A stretch of DNA of 64,000 nt, taken from the NCBI GenBank assembly GCA_001464935.1, contig LNEL01000053.1, positions 8,897-72,896 on the forward strand, given 5' to 3'. A program made the position numbers and the translations under genes. The stretch is from Gammaproteobacteria bacterium Ga0077536 (lineage in GTDB: Bacteria; Pseudomonadota; Gammaproteobacteria; Ga0077536). Every line of letters begins with the position of its first letter. Within the stretch, counting starts at the first letter, position 1. Shown piece by piece: positions 10,418 to 20,671 of the stretch. The notes below the pieces were generated by a model that was not told the origin of the DNA, made no database searches, and saw only the letters and a program-made list of their open reading frames with translations.

Positions 10418-12466
10418 TTACCCGCGCGAATGCCAGTAACGGCGTCGCTGCTCACGCCAGGCCGTCACGCGCAGGCGGGTGCCGCGGACGTCGATCAGCA
10501 CCGCGCCCTGCTCCCCCGTGCTGAGCTGCCGGCTGCCCTGCGCGGCATAGCGCGCCTGCACCGCAGGGGCCGGGAAACCATAGCGGTTACGATAGCCGGC
10601 CGTGTGCACGGCGTAGTCCGGCCGGGCCGCCGCGACCAGCGCCGGCGAAGACGAACTGGCGCTGCCATGATGCGGCACGATCAGCACGTCCGTCGCCAGC
10701 GCCGCCTGACGTGCGACCAGCCCGGCTTCGGCTGCGGCGTCGATGTCGCCGGTCAGCAGCACGCGCCGTCCGCCGGCACTGGTGATCCGCAGCACGCAGG
10801 ACAGGTGATTGTCGGTACCACGTGCCGCCGCCGGCGGATGCAGCACCTCGAATGCCACGCCATCCCAGGTCCAGTGCGCCCCGTCGACGCAGTGTTCAGC
10901 CGGCTGCGGCCACGGATCGCCGGGGTTCACCATCACGCGCCGCACGTCGACACCGCGCATCACCGCCTGCGCGCCGCCCGCGTGATCGATGTCGGGATGG
11001 CTCAGCACCAGGCGATCGAGCCGCGCGCTCCCGGCGGCCCACAGGTTCGGCACGACAATCGTGGCCCCTGCGTCATGGCCACCGCGCGTGACGGGCCCGG
11101 CGTCGTACAGCAGCGCGTGCGTGCGCGTGCGCACCAGCACTGCCAGACCTTGTCCGACATCGAACACGCTCACTGCCATGTCGCCATGTGCCGGCAGCGT
11201 CGGGCGCGCCAGCCACGGGCTCGCGCACAACAGCGGCGCCAGCCACCAGCGCGCGCGCGCAAGGGGCAGCAGCCACAGCAGGAGTCCGAGCAGGACCAGC
11301 GGCACCATGGCAAAGGCGAGCGCGTGCGGGAGTCGCCAGACCGGCGCGATGTCCGCCATCCGCTCGAGCACTGCCCAGCAGAGCTCCCAGGCACGCCCGG
11401 CCCATTGCCAGCACGCCGTCGCCCCCGGCATCCCGAGCAGCGACGCCAGCATGCCCGTCAACACGAGTGGCACGACGACCCAGGTCACGATCGGCACCGC
11501 GATCAGATTGCCGAGCGGCGAGGTCCAGGCCACGAGCGGCGACATCAGCGCGAGCAGCGGCGCGAGCGCGAGTGCGAGTCCCAGATGGAGGCCGAGCACG
11601 CGCACGATCAGGCCGCCATCGCGAATCAGTGACGACAGGGCGACCAATGCGCCCATCGCCCCGAACGACAGCCAGCAACTCGCGGTCAGCACGGCGAGCG
11701 GATCGAACAGCACGACGAGCGCGAGCGCCACGATCAGGCCGTCCGCATTCAGCAACGGTTGTCCGCGCAGGCGTTGCCAGAACAGGCAGCCGAGCATCAA
11801 CAGCGTGCGCTGCGTCGGCACCGTGAGTCCGGCCAGCAGCGCATAGGCGAACGCGGCCGCGAAACCGGCAGCGGCCGCGACGTACGGGGCGGGCACGCGG
11901 CGGGTCAGCGCCGGTGCGCCACTCCACAGCAGGCGCGCCACGCCGAACGCCGCGGCGGCGACCATCGAGACATGCAGACCGGAGATCGATACCAGGTGCG
12001 TGGTCCCCGTGGCCTGCAGGACCTGCCACTGCCGCTGGCTCATCGCGGCGCGTTCGCCGACGGCCAGCGCGCGCAGCACGCCCGCCGTAGCCGGCGCGTC
12101 GACCGCCGCCGCGATCGCGCCGCCGAGCCGCGCGCGCAGCCGCCCGAGCGCGCCTTGCGGGCCATCGACCGTGCAAGCATTCGCCGGGTGCGTGACGAGA
12201 TAGCCGGTGGCATCGATGCGCTGGGAAAACAGCCAGCGCTCGTAATCCTGGCCGGCCGGGTTGTACGCGCCATGGGGCGTCCTGAGGCGCACGTGCAGCC
12301 GGCAGCGCGCGCCGGGCTCGAGCTTCAACCCGCCGCCGTAGTCGCTGAGTGCGAGACGGCGCACCGGCGGCCCGACGCGCATGCCGCGCCGAATGCGGGT
12401 GACGGCGAGTTCGAAACGCAAGACGCCATCGCGGGCGGCCGGCAGCCCTGTCACCCGACCGGACAC
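10418..12466 (-). CDS. comEC: DNA internalization-related competence protein ComEC/Rec2 (N-terminally incomplete in this frame)
   Basis: 682 aa from GTG 12466. It has an OB-like start (SGRVTGLPAARDGVLRFEL), the multi-TM competence domain, and a C-terminal metallo-beta-lactamase domain (VFDVGQGLAVLV...SHPDIDHAGG...VPHHGS). The usual N-terminal helices are missing and appear in another frame, listed as the next feature. Confidence 0.85.
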   Translation of the reverse strand: MSGRVTGLPAARDGVLRFELAVTRIRRGMRVGPPVRRLALSDYGGGLKLEPGARCRLHVRLRTPHGAYNPAGQDYERWLFSQRIDATGYLVTHPANACTVDGPQGALGRLRARLGGAIAAAVDAPATAGVLRALAVGERAAMSQRQWQVLQATGTTHLVSISGLHVSMVAAAAFGVARLLWSGAPALTRRVPAPYVAAAAGFAAAFAYALLAGLTVPTQRTLLMLGCLFWQRLRGQPLLNADGLIVALALVVLFDPLAVLTASCWLSFGAMGALVALSSLIRDGGLIVRVLGLHLGLALALAPLLALMSPLVAWTSPLGNLIAVPIVTWVVVPLVLTGMLASLLGMPGATACWQWAGRAWELCWAVLERMADIAPVWRLPHALAFAMVPLVLLGLLLWLLPLARARWWLAPLLCASPWLARPTLPAHGDMAVSVFDVGQGLAVLVRTRTHALLYDAGPVTRGGHDAGATIVVPNLWAAGSARLDRLVLSHPDIDHAGGAQAVMRGVDVRRVMVNPGDPWPQPAEHCVDGAHWTWDGVAFEVLHPPAAARGTDNHLSCVLRITSAGGRRVLLTGDIDAAAEAGLVARQAALATDVLIVPHHGSASSSSPALVAAARPDYAVHTAGYRNRYGFPAPAVQARYAAQGSRQLSTGEQGAVLIDVRGTRLRVTAWREQRRRYWHSRG

Positions 12467-12678
12467 GGCAAAAGTCTCGCCGTCCAGCGCCGGCGGCAGG
12501 CGCGCGGTGAGCCCGGCGTCCAGGCGAGCCCCGCGATGGCGGCGCAGGCCCGGGGCTCGGCACGCGCGAGGACGCAGCTACCGGCAAGCGTTGCCAGCGA
12601 CCAGCCCAAAGGGGGAAGGCCGGACAGCCACTGCAGCGCGCAGACTCCGGCCACGAAGGCGAGAAGCACGAGCCGCAT
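12451..12678 (-). other. ComEC N-terminal membrane segment in a shifted frame (candidate frameshift)
   Basis: This 75-aa ORF starts MRLVLLAFVAGVCALQWLSGLPPLGWSLATLAGSCVL...AAIAGLAW, which is ComEC-like N-terminal TM helices. The main comEC frame upstream of 12466 reads LDAGLTARLPPALDGETFAV with no start codon back to a TAG. The two frames join if 1 nt is restored near 12518-12519. Confidence 0.5.
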
Positions 12679-12827
12679 CGATCATCCCTGGCCTGCGGGT
12701 GGACACATTCAGCGGCTCACCGTCGACAGCGTCCCTGCTGCTGGCGCACCGTTGCGGCTATGATAGGCACCCGCGTCGTGCACGCACAGCGACGCCCCTG
12801 CTCCTCCTGGCATACCGATATCCACGC

Positions 12828-13358
12828 ATGGACCTACGTCGCTACCTGCAGTCACGCCTGCCGCAAGCTTCCGACCTGTCGAGCAGACGCTGGGTCAGCT
12901 GGTTCGGCCATCGCCTGCACGACCCGAACCTCTGGCATTTCGGCCGCCGCTCGGTCGCCCGCGCAGGCGGCATCGGCCTGCTGGTCGCGTTTTTTCCGAT
13001 TCCGATTCACATGGTGCTCATCGTGCCGCTCGCGATCCTGCGCGGCATCAACCTGCCGGTGCTGATGGCGGCCGTGTGGATCACGAATCCGGTGACCTGG
13101 GTCCCGATCTTCTACTTCGCTTACAGGATTGGACTGCTGCTGACGGGTGGCGCGGTGCAGACGTCCGCGTCGCTGAACCTGAGCTCGGACTGGGCGAGCC
13201 TCACGCATGCATTGAGCGAAATCTGGCTGCCGCTGTGCCTGGGTTCCGCGATCTGCGGCGTCGTCTGCGGCGGTATCGGGTACCTGCTGATCGACGGCCT
13301 GTGGTGCCTCGCGGTGCGGCGTCGCTGGCGTCTGCGGGCCGAGCGTCGTCGCGGCTGA
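12828..13358 (+). CDS. DUF2062 domain-containing membrane protein
   Basis: 176 aa from ATG 12828. Motif PNLWHFGRRSVARAGGIGLLVAFFPIP...NPVTWVPIFYFAY supports the call. The upstream part of ORF 12381..13358 is junk. Confidence 0.78.
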   Translation: MDLRRYLQSRLPQASDLSSRRWVSWFGHRLHDPNLWHFGRRSVARAGGIGLLVAFFPIPIHMVLIVPLAILRGINLPVLMAAVWITNPVTWVPIFYFAYRIGLLLTGGAVQTSASLNLSSDWASLTHALSEIWLPLCLGSAICGVVCGGIGYLLIDGLWCLAVRRRWRLRAERRRG

Positions 13359-13374
13359 GGCCTTCGCCAGCCGC

Positions 13375-14073
13375 TCAGAGCGGCGCCGTGGGCGCCTCGC
13401 CGGTCAGCACCCCGGCATGCAGGTGCACGATCCGATCCATGCGGGCCGCCACCTGCAGATCGTGCGTCACCAGCACGAGCGCGGTGCCGAGTTCGCGCTT
13501 GAGGTCGAGCATCGCATCCAGTGTGGCCCGCGCCGTGTGCGCATCGAGATTGCCGGTCGGTTCATCTGCCAGCACGCAGCGCGGCGCCATCACGAGCGCG
13601 CGGGCGATCGCCACACGCTGGCGTTCGCCGCCGGACAATTCAGACGGTCGATGGGCCGCGCGCGGCGCGAGGCCCACCCGCGCCAACATCGCCGACGCGC
13701 GTCGGCTCGCCTCAGCCACCGTGCTGCCGCCGATGAGCACCGGCAAGGCGACATTCTCCAGCGCGGTGAATTCCGGCAGCAGATGATGGAACTGGTAGAC
13801 GAAGCCGAGGTGTCGATTGCGCGCGATGCCGCGCCCACGCTCGTCGAGCGTCGCGTAGTTCTCGCCGCACAACAGCACTTCGCCGCTGGTCGGCGTGTCG
13901 AGTCCGCCGAGCAGATGCAGCAGCGTGCTCTTGCCCGACCCGGAGGCCCCGAGAATCGCGACGCTTTCACCGGCGGCGACGCTGAACTCGAGATTCTTCA
14001 ACACCGTGACATCGAGCGCGCCGTCGACATAGCGCTTGCCGAGTCCACGCGCGATCAGGACCGCCTCACTCAT
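13375..14073 (-). CDS. lolD: lipoprotein-releasing ABC transporter ATP-binding protein LolD
   Basis: 232 aa from ATG 14073. It carries Walker [10 protein letters not shown], the signature LSGGERQRV, and Walker [11 protein letters not shown]. Confidence 0.92.
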   Translation of the reverse strand: MSEAVLIARGLGKRYVDGALDVTVLKNLEFSVAAGESVAILGASGSGKSTLLHLLGGLDTPTSGEVLLCGENYATLDERGRGIARNRHLGFVYQFHHLLPEFTALENVALPVLIGGSTVAEASRRASAMLARVGLAPRAAHRPSELSGGERQRVAIARALVMAPRCVLADEPTGNLDAHTARATLDAMLDLKRELGTALVLVTHDLQVAARMDRIVHLHAGVLTGEAPTAPL

Positions 14074-15322
14074 AACGCAGCGCCTCGGCGGGTTCGGTGC
14101 GGCTCGCCTGCCAGGCCGGATACAACGGCGCGACGAGACAGAGCATCGACGCTGCCAGCAGGGCAATCCACAGATCGGACAGCTTCAGCTCCGAGGGTAT
14201 CGTGCTGATGTAGTAGACGTCGGGTGACAGGATACGGAACCTGAAGGTCTGCTCGATGGCGACCACGATGTGTTCGATGTTCAACGCGAGCAGCACACCG
14301 AGCACCGCACCGAGCACGACACCGGCCACGCCGATCAGCACGCCCTGCGCGAGGAACACGCGCAGAATCCGCTGCGGTGTGAGGCCGAGCGTCTTCAACA
14401 CGGCAATCTCCGAGTGCTTCTCGGCGACCACCATCACGAGCGTCGACACCAGATTGAACGCGGCGACGGCCACGCTCAACAGCAGGATCACGAACATCAC
14501 GATCTTCTCGGTCTTCAGCGCGCGAAACAGATTTGAGTTGGTGTCGGTCCAGTCACTGATGCGCAGATCCGTCGATCCGATCCCCGCGAGCCTCGCCGCG
14601 AGCGGCGCGGCGAGCGCCGGCGCGTTGAAGGGATCGTCGAGCCGCACGCGAAAGCCGGTGACGCCATTGACGCGAAACACGCGCGCGGCATCATCGAGGT
14701 GAATGAAAGCCGTCGACATGTCGTAGTCCTGCACACCCGCCTCGAAGATGCCGCACACGGTGAAACGCTTCAGTCGCGGCAGGATGCCGGCCGCGGTGCG
14801 CATCGGCTCCGGCAACACGAGCGTGATGTGATCGCCGACTTTCGCGCGCAAGGTGTCGGCGAGGCCGCGGCCGAGCACGATGTTGAAGCGACCGGCTTCG
14901 AGCGCCGCGAAATCGCCTTCCCGCGTGAGTGACGGCGCGGCGCTGACGGCGCGTTCGGCGTCCGGTCGCACGCCGTTGACACGCACGCCCTGCACGTCGC
15001 CGCGAAAGGTCAGCAAGGCCTCGCCGGCGACGAACGGCGCCAGCCCCGTCACTTCGGGCATCGCGGCGATGGCGTCCGGCAGCGGCCCGCGTTCGGCCAG
15101 CGCCTGCTGTGGCCGCTCGACGACGAGATGCGCGGCAAGGCCGAGCAGACGGCTGCGCATCTCGCGCTCGAATCCGTTCATGATTGACAGTATGGTGAGC
15201 AGCGCGGCGATGCCGAGCGCAACGCCACCGATCGAAATCGCCGATATCAGCGAGACGAAACGCGTCCGCCGTCGCGCGCGCGTGTAGCGCCAACCAATGA
15301 AAGCTTCGACAGGACGGAACAT
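14066..15322 (-). CDS. lipoprotein-releasing ABC transporter permease, LolC/LolE family
   Basis: 418 aa from ATG 15322 ([19 protein letters not shown]...). It has MacB/FtsX-type topology and overlaps lolD by 8 nt. It is the only permease gene next to lolD. Confidence 0.9.
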   Translation of the reverse strand: MFRPVEAFIGWRYTRARRRTRFVSLISAISIGGVALGIAALLTILSIMNGFEREMRSRLLGLAAHLVVERPQQALAERGPLPDAIAAMPEVTGLAPFVAGEALLTFRGDVQGVRVNGVRPDAERAVSAAPSLTREGDFAALEAGRFNIVLGRGLADTLRAKVGDHITLVLPEPMRTAAGILPRLKRFTVCGIFEAGVQDYDMSTAFIHLDDAARVFRVNGVTGFRVRLDDPFNAPALAAPLAARLAGIGSTDLRISDWTDTNSNLFRALKTEKIVMFVILLLSVAVAAFNLVSTLVMVVAEKHSEIAVLKTLGLTPQRILRVFLAQGVLIGVAGVVLGAVLGVLLALNIEHIVVAIEQTFRFRILSPDVYYISTIPSELKLSDLWIALLAASMLCLVAPLYPAWQASRTEPAEALRYE

Positions 15323-15358
15323 GGGCCGGGAGTATACCGACAGTCGCGGCGAGGCCGC

Positions 15359-16018
15359 ATGAAATTGCTCGCGCTCGACACCGCGACCGACGCCTGCAGC
15401 GTCGCTCTTTACTGCGATGGCGCCGTGATCCAGCGCCACGAACTCGCACCCCAGCGCCACACGCTGCTGTTACTGCCAATGGTGCGCGCGCTGTGTGCGG
15501 AGGCCGGCATCGCGCCGGGCGCCCTGGAGGCGATTGCCGTCGGCATCGGCCCGGGCGCATTCACGGGGGTGCGCGTGGCGACCGCCGTGGCACAGGGTCT
15601 CGCCCATGCACACGATCTGCCGGTCCTGCCGGTCTCGACACTTGCCGCGCTCGCCCAGGGCGGGTTCCGCCTGACCGGCGCGCGGCAATGGCTCGCCACC
15701 CTCGATGCGCGGCGGCAGGAAATCTACTGGGCGCATTACACGATCGATGCGCAAGCCCTCGCGGTCGCGACGACTGCCGAACAGGTGTCGCCGCCGGCGC
15801 GCGTGGCACTGCCTGCCGGCGACGACTGGCGCATGGCCGGCACAGGCTGGCCCGCGTATCAGCCGCAGATGAGCGGCCTCTGGCCCGATCTCGGCGCGCC
15901 GCCGCTGCTGTTGCCGGAAGCCCAGGACGTCGCGGTGCTGGGCGTGGCGCTGCTCGCCGCGGGCGGCGCGCTGCGTGCCGAGCAACTCGCGCCGACCTAT
16001 CTCCGCGCCGCCGTCTGA
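15359..16018 (+). CDS. tsaB: tRNA threonylcarbamoyladenosine biosynthesis protein TsaB
   Basis: 219 aa. Motif MKLLALDTATDACSVAL...GIGPGAFTGVRV supports the call. Confidence 0.88.
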   Translation: MKLLALDTATDACSVALYCDGAVIQRHELAPQRHTLLLLPMVRALCAEAGIAPGALEAIAVGIGPGAFTGVRVATAVAQGLAHAHDLPVLPVSTLAALAQGGFRLTGARQWLATLDARRQEIYWAHYTIDAQALAVATTAEQVSPPARVALPAGDDWRMAGTGWPAYQPQMSGLWPDLGAPPLLLPEAQDVAVLGVALLAAGGALRAEQLAPTYLRAAV

Positions 16019-16056
16019 GACGCACGCGCGGCGTCCCGCCGCGCGTGCCGCCCGAC

Positions 16057-16070
16057 CACAACATCTTGTG
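16057..16070 (+). promoter_or_regulatory. NrdR-box-like palindrome (distal)
   Basis: The sequence is CACAACATCTTGTG. Its reverse complement nearly matches the box at 16192. Confidence 0.35.
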
Positions 16071-16191
16071 TTCACCCCCGCGCCGCCGGGGTGGGCCGCA
16101 CGCGTGCGTTAAGGCTCTGATCCGGCGCGGATTCGGCGACTTATCCCCAGATTTCCCCCAGCTTTCGAGGGGGGCATCGCACAGTCCAATG

Positions 16192-16237
16192 CACAGGATG
16201 TTGTGGTTTGGCGCTTGCGTAACCACAGGTTATTGTG
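16192..16237 (+). promoter_or_regulatory. tandem NrdR-box-like palindromes upstream of nrdA
   Basis: The boxes are CACAGGATGTTGTG (16192-16205) and CACAGGTTATTGTG (16224-16237). Their centres are 32 bp apart and they lie about 110-150 bp upstream of the nrdA ATG. This resembles the known NrdR operator layout. Confidence 0.55.
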
Positions 16238-16345
16238 GTCCTATACAGCACGTTACGGCTTGAATTGAAAAAAGCTCGAAGACCTGGACACAGGTCCGTC
16301 ATCAACCCGGGTAGCCACCGCCAGTGGGCCCTCAGAGGAGAGCGC

Positions 16346-19231
16346 ATGGAACTCGATAATGCCGCTGCAGCACGCAGTGTCGGACGCGTCACGTGGTCCT
16401 CGAACAGCGAATCCCCGGTGCCGCAGTCGGAAGTCGCGGCCACCGCGCCCGGCGAATTCAAGGTCATCCGCCGCAATGGCAAGGTCACCCTGTTCGACGG
16501 CGACAAGATCAAAATCGCGCTGACCAAGGCCTTCCTCGCCGTCGAGGGTGGCAATGCAGCCGCGTCGACCCGCATCCATGAAACGGTCGATGTGCTGACC
16601 GACAGCGTCGTGCGCGCGATAACGCGCCGCATGCCGGCCGGCGGCGCCCTGCACATCGAAGACATTCAGGACCAGGTGGAGCTCGCGCTGATGCGCGGCG
16701 GCGAGCACAAGATTGCCCGCGCCTACGTGCTCTATCGCGAAGAGCGCGCCCGCGAACGCCTGAAGAAGCAGGAAGCCGCCCCGGCCGAAACCCGCCGGAC
16801 GGGTCTCGCCGTGACCCGCCGCGACGGCACCCGCGTCGCGCTCGACGAGAACCGCCTGCGCCGCATCGTCACCGAAGCCTGTCAGGATGTCGCGAACACC
16901 GATCCGCAGGCCATTCTCACCGAGACCACCCGCGCCTTGTTCGACGGCGTGGCCGAAGACGACGTCTCGCGTGCACTGGTGATGAGCGCGCGCACGTTCA
17001 TCGAACGCGAGCCGAACTACACCTACGTCGCCGCCCGCCTGCTGCTCGATGCCTTCCGTCACGAGGCACTGTCGTTCATCGGCAGTCATGCCGACGCCGC
17101 GACCCAGCACGAGATGAACGAGCGTTACGCGCACTACTTCGAAGGCTACGTGAAGCGCGCGATCGATCTCGAACTGATGGACCCGCGCCTCGGCAACTTC
17201 GACCTGAAGCGCCTCGGCCATGCAATCAAGGGCGAGCGCGACTTCAAGTTCAACTACCTCGGTCTGCAGACGCTCTACGATCGCTACTTCCTGCAGAGCG
17301 ACGGCACGCGCTTCGAGCTGCCGCAGGCGTTCTTCATGCGTGTCGCGATGGGGCTTGCGATCAACGAAATCGAACCCGAGGAATGGGCGATCAAGTTCTA
17401 CGATCTCCTGTCCACGTTCGATTTCATGAGCAGCACGCCGACCCTGTTCAACTCGGGCACACTGCGTCCGCAGCTCTCGTCGTGCTACCTGACGTCGGTG
17501 CCGGACGACCTCGACGGCATTTTCGGCGCCATCCGCGACAACGCGCTGCTGTCGAAATTCGCCGGCGGACTCGGCAACGACTGGACCCCGGTGCGCGGCA
17601 TGGGCGCGCACATCAAGGGCACGAACGGCAAGTCGCAGGGCGTGGTGCCGTTCCTGAAGGTCGCGAACGACACGGCCGTCGCCGTGAACCAGGGTGGCAA
17701 GCGCAAGGGCGCTGTCTGCGCCTACCTCGAAACCTGGCACATGGACATCGAGGAGTTCGTCGAACTGCGCAAGAACACCGGCGACGACCGTCGCCGCACG
17801 CACGACATGAACACCGCGAACTGGGTGCCTGACCTGTTCATGCGGCGCGTCTGCGAAGACGGCGAGTGGACACTCTTCTCGCCTGACGAAGCGCCCGATC
17901 TGCACGACGCGTTCGGCGACGACTTCGAGCGCCGCTACAAGGCCTACGAAGAACGTGCGCTACGCGGCGAAGTGCGCAACTACAAGCAGGTTCGCGCCGT
18001 CGACCTGTGGCGCAAGATGCTCGGCATGCTCTACGAGACGGGCCATCCCTGGATCACGTTCAAGGACCCGATCAACCTGCGCTCGCCGCAGCAGCACGCC
18101 GGCGTCGTCCACAGCTCGAACCTGTGCACGGAGATCACGCTCAACACCTCGAGCGGGCATGAAATCGCCGTGTGCAACCTCGGCTCGATCAACCTCGCCC
18201 AGCACATGACGGCGACGGGCCTCGACCTGGCCAAGCTCGAGCACACCGTCAACATCGCAATGCGCATGCTCGACAACGTGATTGACTACAACTTCTACAG
18301 CGTACCGACGGCGCGCGCGTCGAACCTGCGTCATCGCCCGGTCGGCCTCGGCATCATGGGCTTTCAGGATTGTCTGTATCAGCTGCGCCTGCCCTACGCG
18401 TCGCAGGATGCGGTCGAATTCGCCGACACGTCGATGGAAGCGGTCAGCTATTTCTCGATCAAGGCGTCGACCGATCTGGCCGCCGAACGCGGCACCTATG
18501 CCAGCTTCGACGGTTCGCTGTGGAGCCGCGGCATTCTGCCGATCGACTCCATCGAACTGCTCGACCGCACCCGCGGCGGCTACCTCGACATGGACCGCAC
18601 GCAGCGGCTCGACTGGGACAGCCTGCGCCAGCGCGTCGTCGATGTCGGCATGCGCAATTCGAACTGCATGGCGATCGCGCCGACTGCGACCATCTCGAAC
18701 ATCTGCGGGGTCAGCCAGTCGATCGAACCGACCTACCAGAACCTGTACGTGAAGTCGAACCTGTCGGGCGAATTCACCGTCATCAACATGTACCTCGTCG
18801 ACGATTTGAAGGCGCGCGGCATGTGGGACGAGGTGATGGTCAACGACATGAAGTACTACGACGGCAGCGTCGCCCAGATCGACCGTCTGCCGAAGGATCT
18901 GAAGGCGCTGTACGCGACCTCCTTCGAAGTCGATCCGCGCTGGCTGATCGAGGCCGGTTCCCGCCGGCAGAAGTGGATCGACCAGGCGCAGTCACTGAAC
19001 CTCTACATGGCTGAACCGAGCGGCGCCAAGATGGACAACCTCTACAAGCTCGCGTGGGTGCGTGGCCTGAAGACGACCTATTACCTGCGCACGATGGGCG
19101 CCACTCACGTCGAGAAGAGCACGCTGAAGGACGGCAAGCTCAACGCCGTCAATCAGGCCGCGCCCGCCGCCGCGGACGCGCAGCCCAAGGTCTGCTCGAT
19201 TCTCGATCCAGACTGCGAAGCCTGCCAGTAA
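16346..19231 (+). CDS. nrdA: ribonucleoside-diphosphate reductase alpha subunit (class Ia)
   Basis: The start is ATG 16346, preceded by GAGGAGAG. It has an ATP-cone ([16 protein letters not shown]) and the catalytic motifs NLCTEI and C-terminal ...CEACQ. Confidence 0.95.
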   Translation: MELDNAAAARSVGRVTWSSNSESPVPQSEVAATAPGEFKVIRRNGKVTLFDGDKIKIALTKAFLAVEGGNAAASTRIHETVDVLTDSVVRAITRRMPAGGALHIEDIQDQVELALMRGGEHKIARAYVLYREERARERLKKQEAAPAETRRTGLAVTRRDGTRVALDENRLRRIVTEACQDVANTDPQAILTETTRALFDGVAEDDVSRALVMSARTFIEREPNYTYVAARLLLDAFRHEALSFIGSHADAATQHEMNERYAHYFEGYVKRAIDLELMDPRLGNFDLKRLGHAIKGERDFKFNYLGLQTLYDRYFLQSDGTRFELPQAFFMRVAMGLAINEIEPEEWAIKFYDLLSTFDFMSSTPTLFNSGTLRPQLSSCYLTSVPDDLDGIFGAIRDNALLSKFAGGLGNDWTPVRGMGAHIKGTNGKSQGVVPFLKVANDTAVAVNQGGKRKGAVCAYLETWHMDIEEFVELRKNTGDDRRRTHDMNTANWVPDLFMRRVCEDGEWTLFSPDEAPDLHDAFGDDFERRYKAYEERALRGEVRNYKQVRAVDLWRKMLGMLYETGHPWITFKDPINLRSPQQHAGVVHSSNLCTEITLNTSSGHEIAVCNLGSINLAQHMTATGLDLAKLEHTVNIAMRMLDNVIDYNFYSVPTARASNLRHRPVGLGIMGFQDCLYQLRLPYASQDAVEFADTSMEAVSYFSIKASTDLAAERGTYASFDGSLWSRGILPIDSIELLDRTRGGYLDMDRTQRLDWDSLRQRVVDVGMRNSNCMAIAPTATISNICGVSQSIEPTYQNLYVKSNLSGEFTVINMYLVDDLKARGMWDEVMVNDMKYYDGSVAQIDRLPKDLKALYATSFEVDPRWLIEAGSRRQKWIDQAQSLNLYMAEPSGAKMDNLYKLAWVRGLKTTYYLRTMGATHVEKSTLKDGKLNAVNQAAPAAADAQPKVCSILDPDCEACQ

Positions 19232-19269
19232 GCGCAGGCACACAGATCACGATGTTCAAGGGGGAAGCG

Positions 19270-20502
19270 ATGTTGAATTGGGAAGATCCGATAGGCCAGC
19301 TGCGGCAGCGTCAGACGCCGGAACCGGTGAAGGCCATGCTGGCCACCGAGATGCTGCAGGCCGTCGAGCGCGCGGAACGGGAAACACTGGCGCCGTCGCC
19401 GGTTGAAACCCTGGGCGTTGCCGCACCGGCCCCGGTTGCCCAGGCGGCCGCCGCCACCGGCCTCGAACAGGTGGAGTTCGGCGCGCGCCGCCTCGTCGTC
19501 GACGACAAGGCGATGATCAACTGCCGGGCGGACCTGAACCAGCTCGTGCCGTTCAAGTACAAGTGGGCATGGCAGAAGTATCTGAACGCCTGCGCGAATC
19601 ACTGGATGCCGCAGGAAATCAACATGAATGCGGACATCGCGCTGTGGAAGAGCCGCGATGGCCTGACCGACGACGAGCGCCAGATCATCAAGCGCAATCT
19701 GGGCTTCTTCTCGACCGCCGATTCGCTGGTCGCGAACAACCTGGTGCTCGCGGTGTATCGCCACATCACGAACCCGGAGTGCCGCCAGTACCTGCTGCGC
19801 CAGGCCTTCGAAGAAGCGCTGCATACGCATGCCTATCAGTACTGCGTCGAAAGTCTCGGCCTCGACGAAGCCGAGATCTTCAACATGTACCGCGAGATCC
19901 CGGCGGTGCATGACAAGGCCTCGTGGGCGATGCGCTTCACCGAGAGTCTCGGCGACCCGACCTTCAGCACCGGCACGCCGGCGGCCGACCAGCGTCTGCT
20001 GCGCGACCTCATCGCGTTCTACGTGATCTTCGAAGGCATCTTCTTCTACGTTGGTTTCGTGCAGGTGCTGTCAATGGGCCGGCGCAACAAGATGACGGGC
20101 GTCGCCGAGCAGTTCCAGTACATCCTGCGCGACGAGTCGATGCACATGAACTTCGGCATCGACGTGATCAACCAGATCAAGGTCGAGAATCCACACCTGT
20201 GGACCGAGCAGTTCCAGCGCCAGATCATCGACCTGATCCACGAATCGATCGAGCTGGAGATCAAGTATGCGCAGGACACGATGCCGCGCGGCATCCTGGG
20301 CCTCAACGCCAACATGTTCGAAGAGTATCTGCACTACATCGCAAACCGTCGCTGCGCCCAGATCGGGCTGCCGGAGCAGTTTCCGGGCGCGACGAATCCG
20401 TTTCCGTGGATGAGCGAAGTGATCGACCTGAAAAAGGAAAAGAACTTCTTCGAAACGCGGGTCACGGAATATCAGACAGGCGGCGCACTTAGCTGGGACT
20501 AA
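19270..20502 (+). CDS. nrdB: ribonucleoside-diphosphate reductase beta subunit
   Basis: The start is ATG 19270 after GGGGAAG; ATG 19252 is an alternative. The diiron/tyrosyl ligand context (EEALHTH...FEGIFFY...DESMHM) is present. Confidence 0.92.
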   Translation: MLNWEDPIGQLRQRQTPEPVKAMLATEMLQAVERAERETLAPSPVETLGVAAPAPVAQAAAATGLEQVEFGARRLVVDDKAMINCRADLNQLVPFKYKWAWQKYLNACANHWMPQEINMNADIALWKSRDGLTDDERQIIKRNLGFFSTADSLVANNLVLAVYRHITNPECRQYLLRQAFEEALHTHAYQYCVESLGLDEAEIFNMYREIPAVHDKASWAMRFTESLGDPTFSTGTPAADQRLLRDLIAFYVIFEGIFFYVGFVQVLSMGRRNKMTGVAEQFQYILRDESMHMNFGIDVINQIKVENPHLWTEQFQRQIIDLIHESIELEIKYAQDTMPRGILGLNANMFEEYLHYIANRRCAQIGLPEQFPGATNPFPWMSEVIDLKKEKNFFETRVTEYQTGGALSWD

Positions 20503-20553
20503 TTGGGCATTAGACCAGACCTCCTCGCATGGAGCTAAGCTGTGCTGCATTGG

Positions 20554-20586
20554 GCGCCGGCCGCAACCCGGCCGGCGTCCTTTCTT
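20554..20586 (+). terminator. rho-independent terminator candidate after nrdB
   Basis: Stem CGCCGGCCG, loop CAACC, stem CGGCCGGCG, followed by TCCTTTCTT. Confidence 0.55.
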
Positions 20587-20593
20587 ATCCGAC

Positions 20594-20622
20594 GTCAGCC
20601 GCGGCGTAACGCCGCGGCTGAC
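20594..20622. terminator. perfect 13-bp inverted repeat between the convergent nrdB and MCP genes
   Basis: The repeat is GTCAGCCGCGGCG-TAA-CGCCGCGGCTGAC. There is no T-tract on either side, so the terminator role is uncertain. Confidence 0.35.
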
Positions 20623-20671
20623 ACCGTCGACACCGGCCTGCCCGGGCCGGCGTCGTCCACCACCAAAACCC

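Noticed and set aside
10091-12587. Long ORFs 10091..11632 (+), 10989..11846 (+) and 11073..12587 (-)
   Set aside because: They are alternative frames or antisense of comEC. They are Arg/Pro/Ala-rich with no motifs, whereas comEC has recognisable competence and beta-lactamase domains.
16253-17905. 550-aa minus-strand ORF
   Set aside because: It is antisense to nrdA, which is unambiguous.
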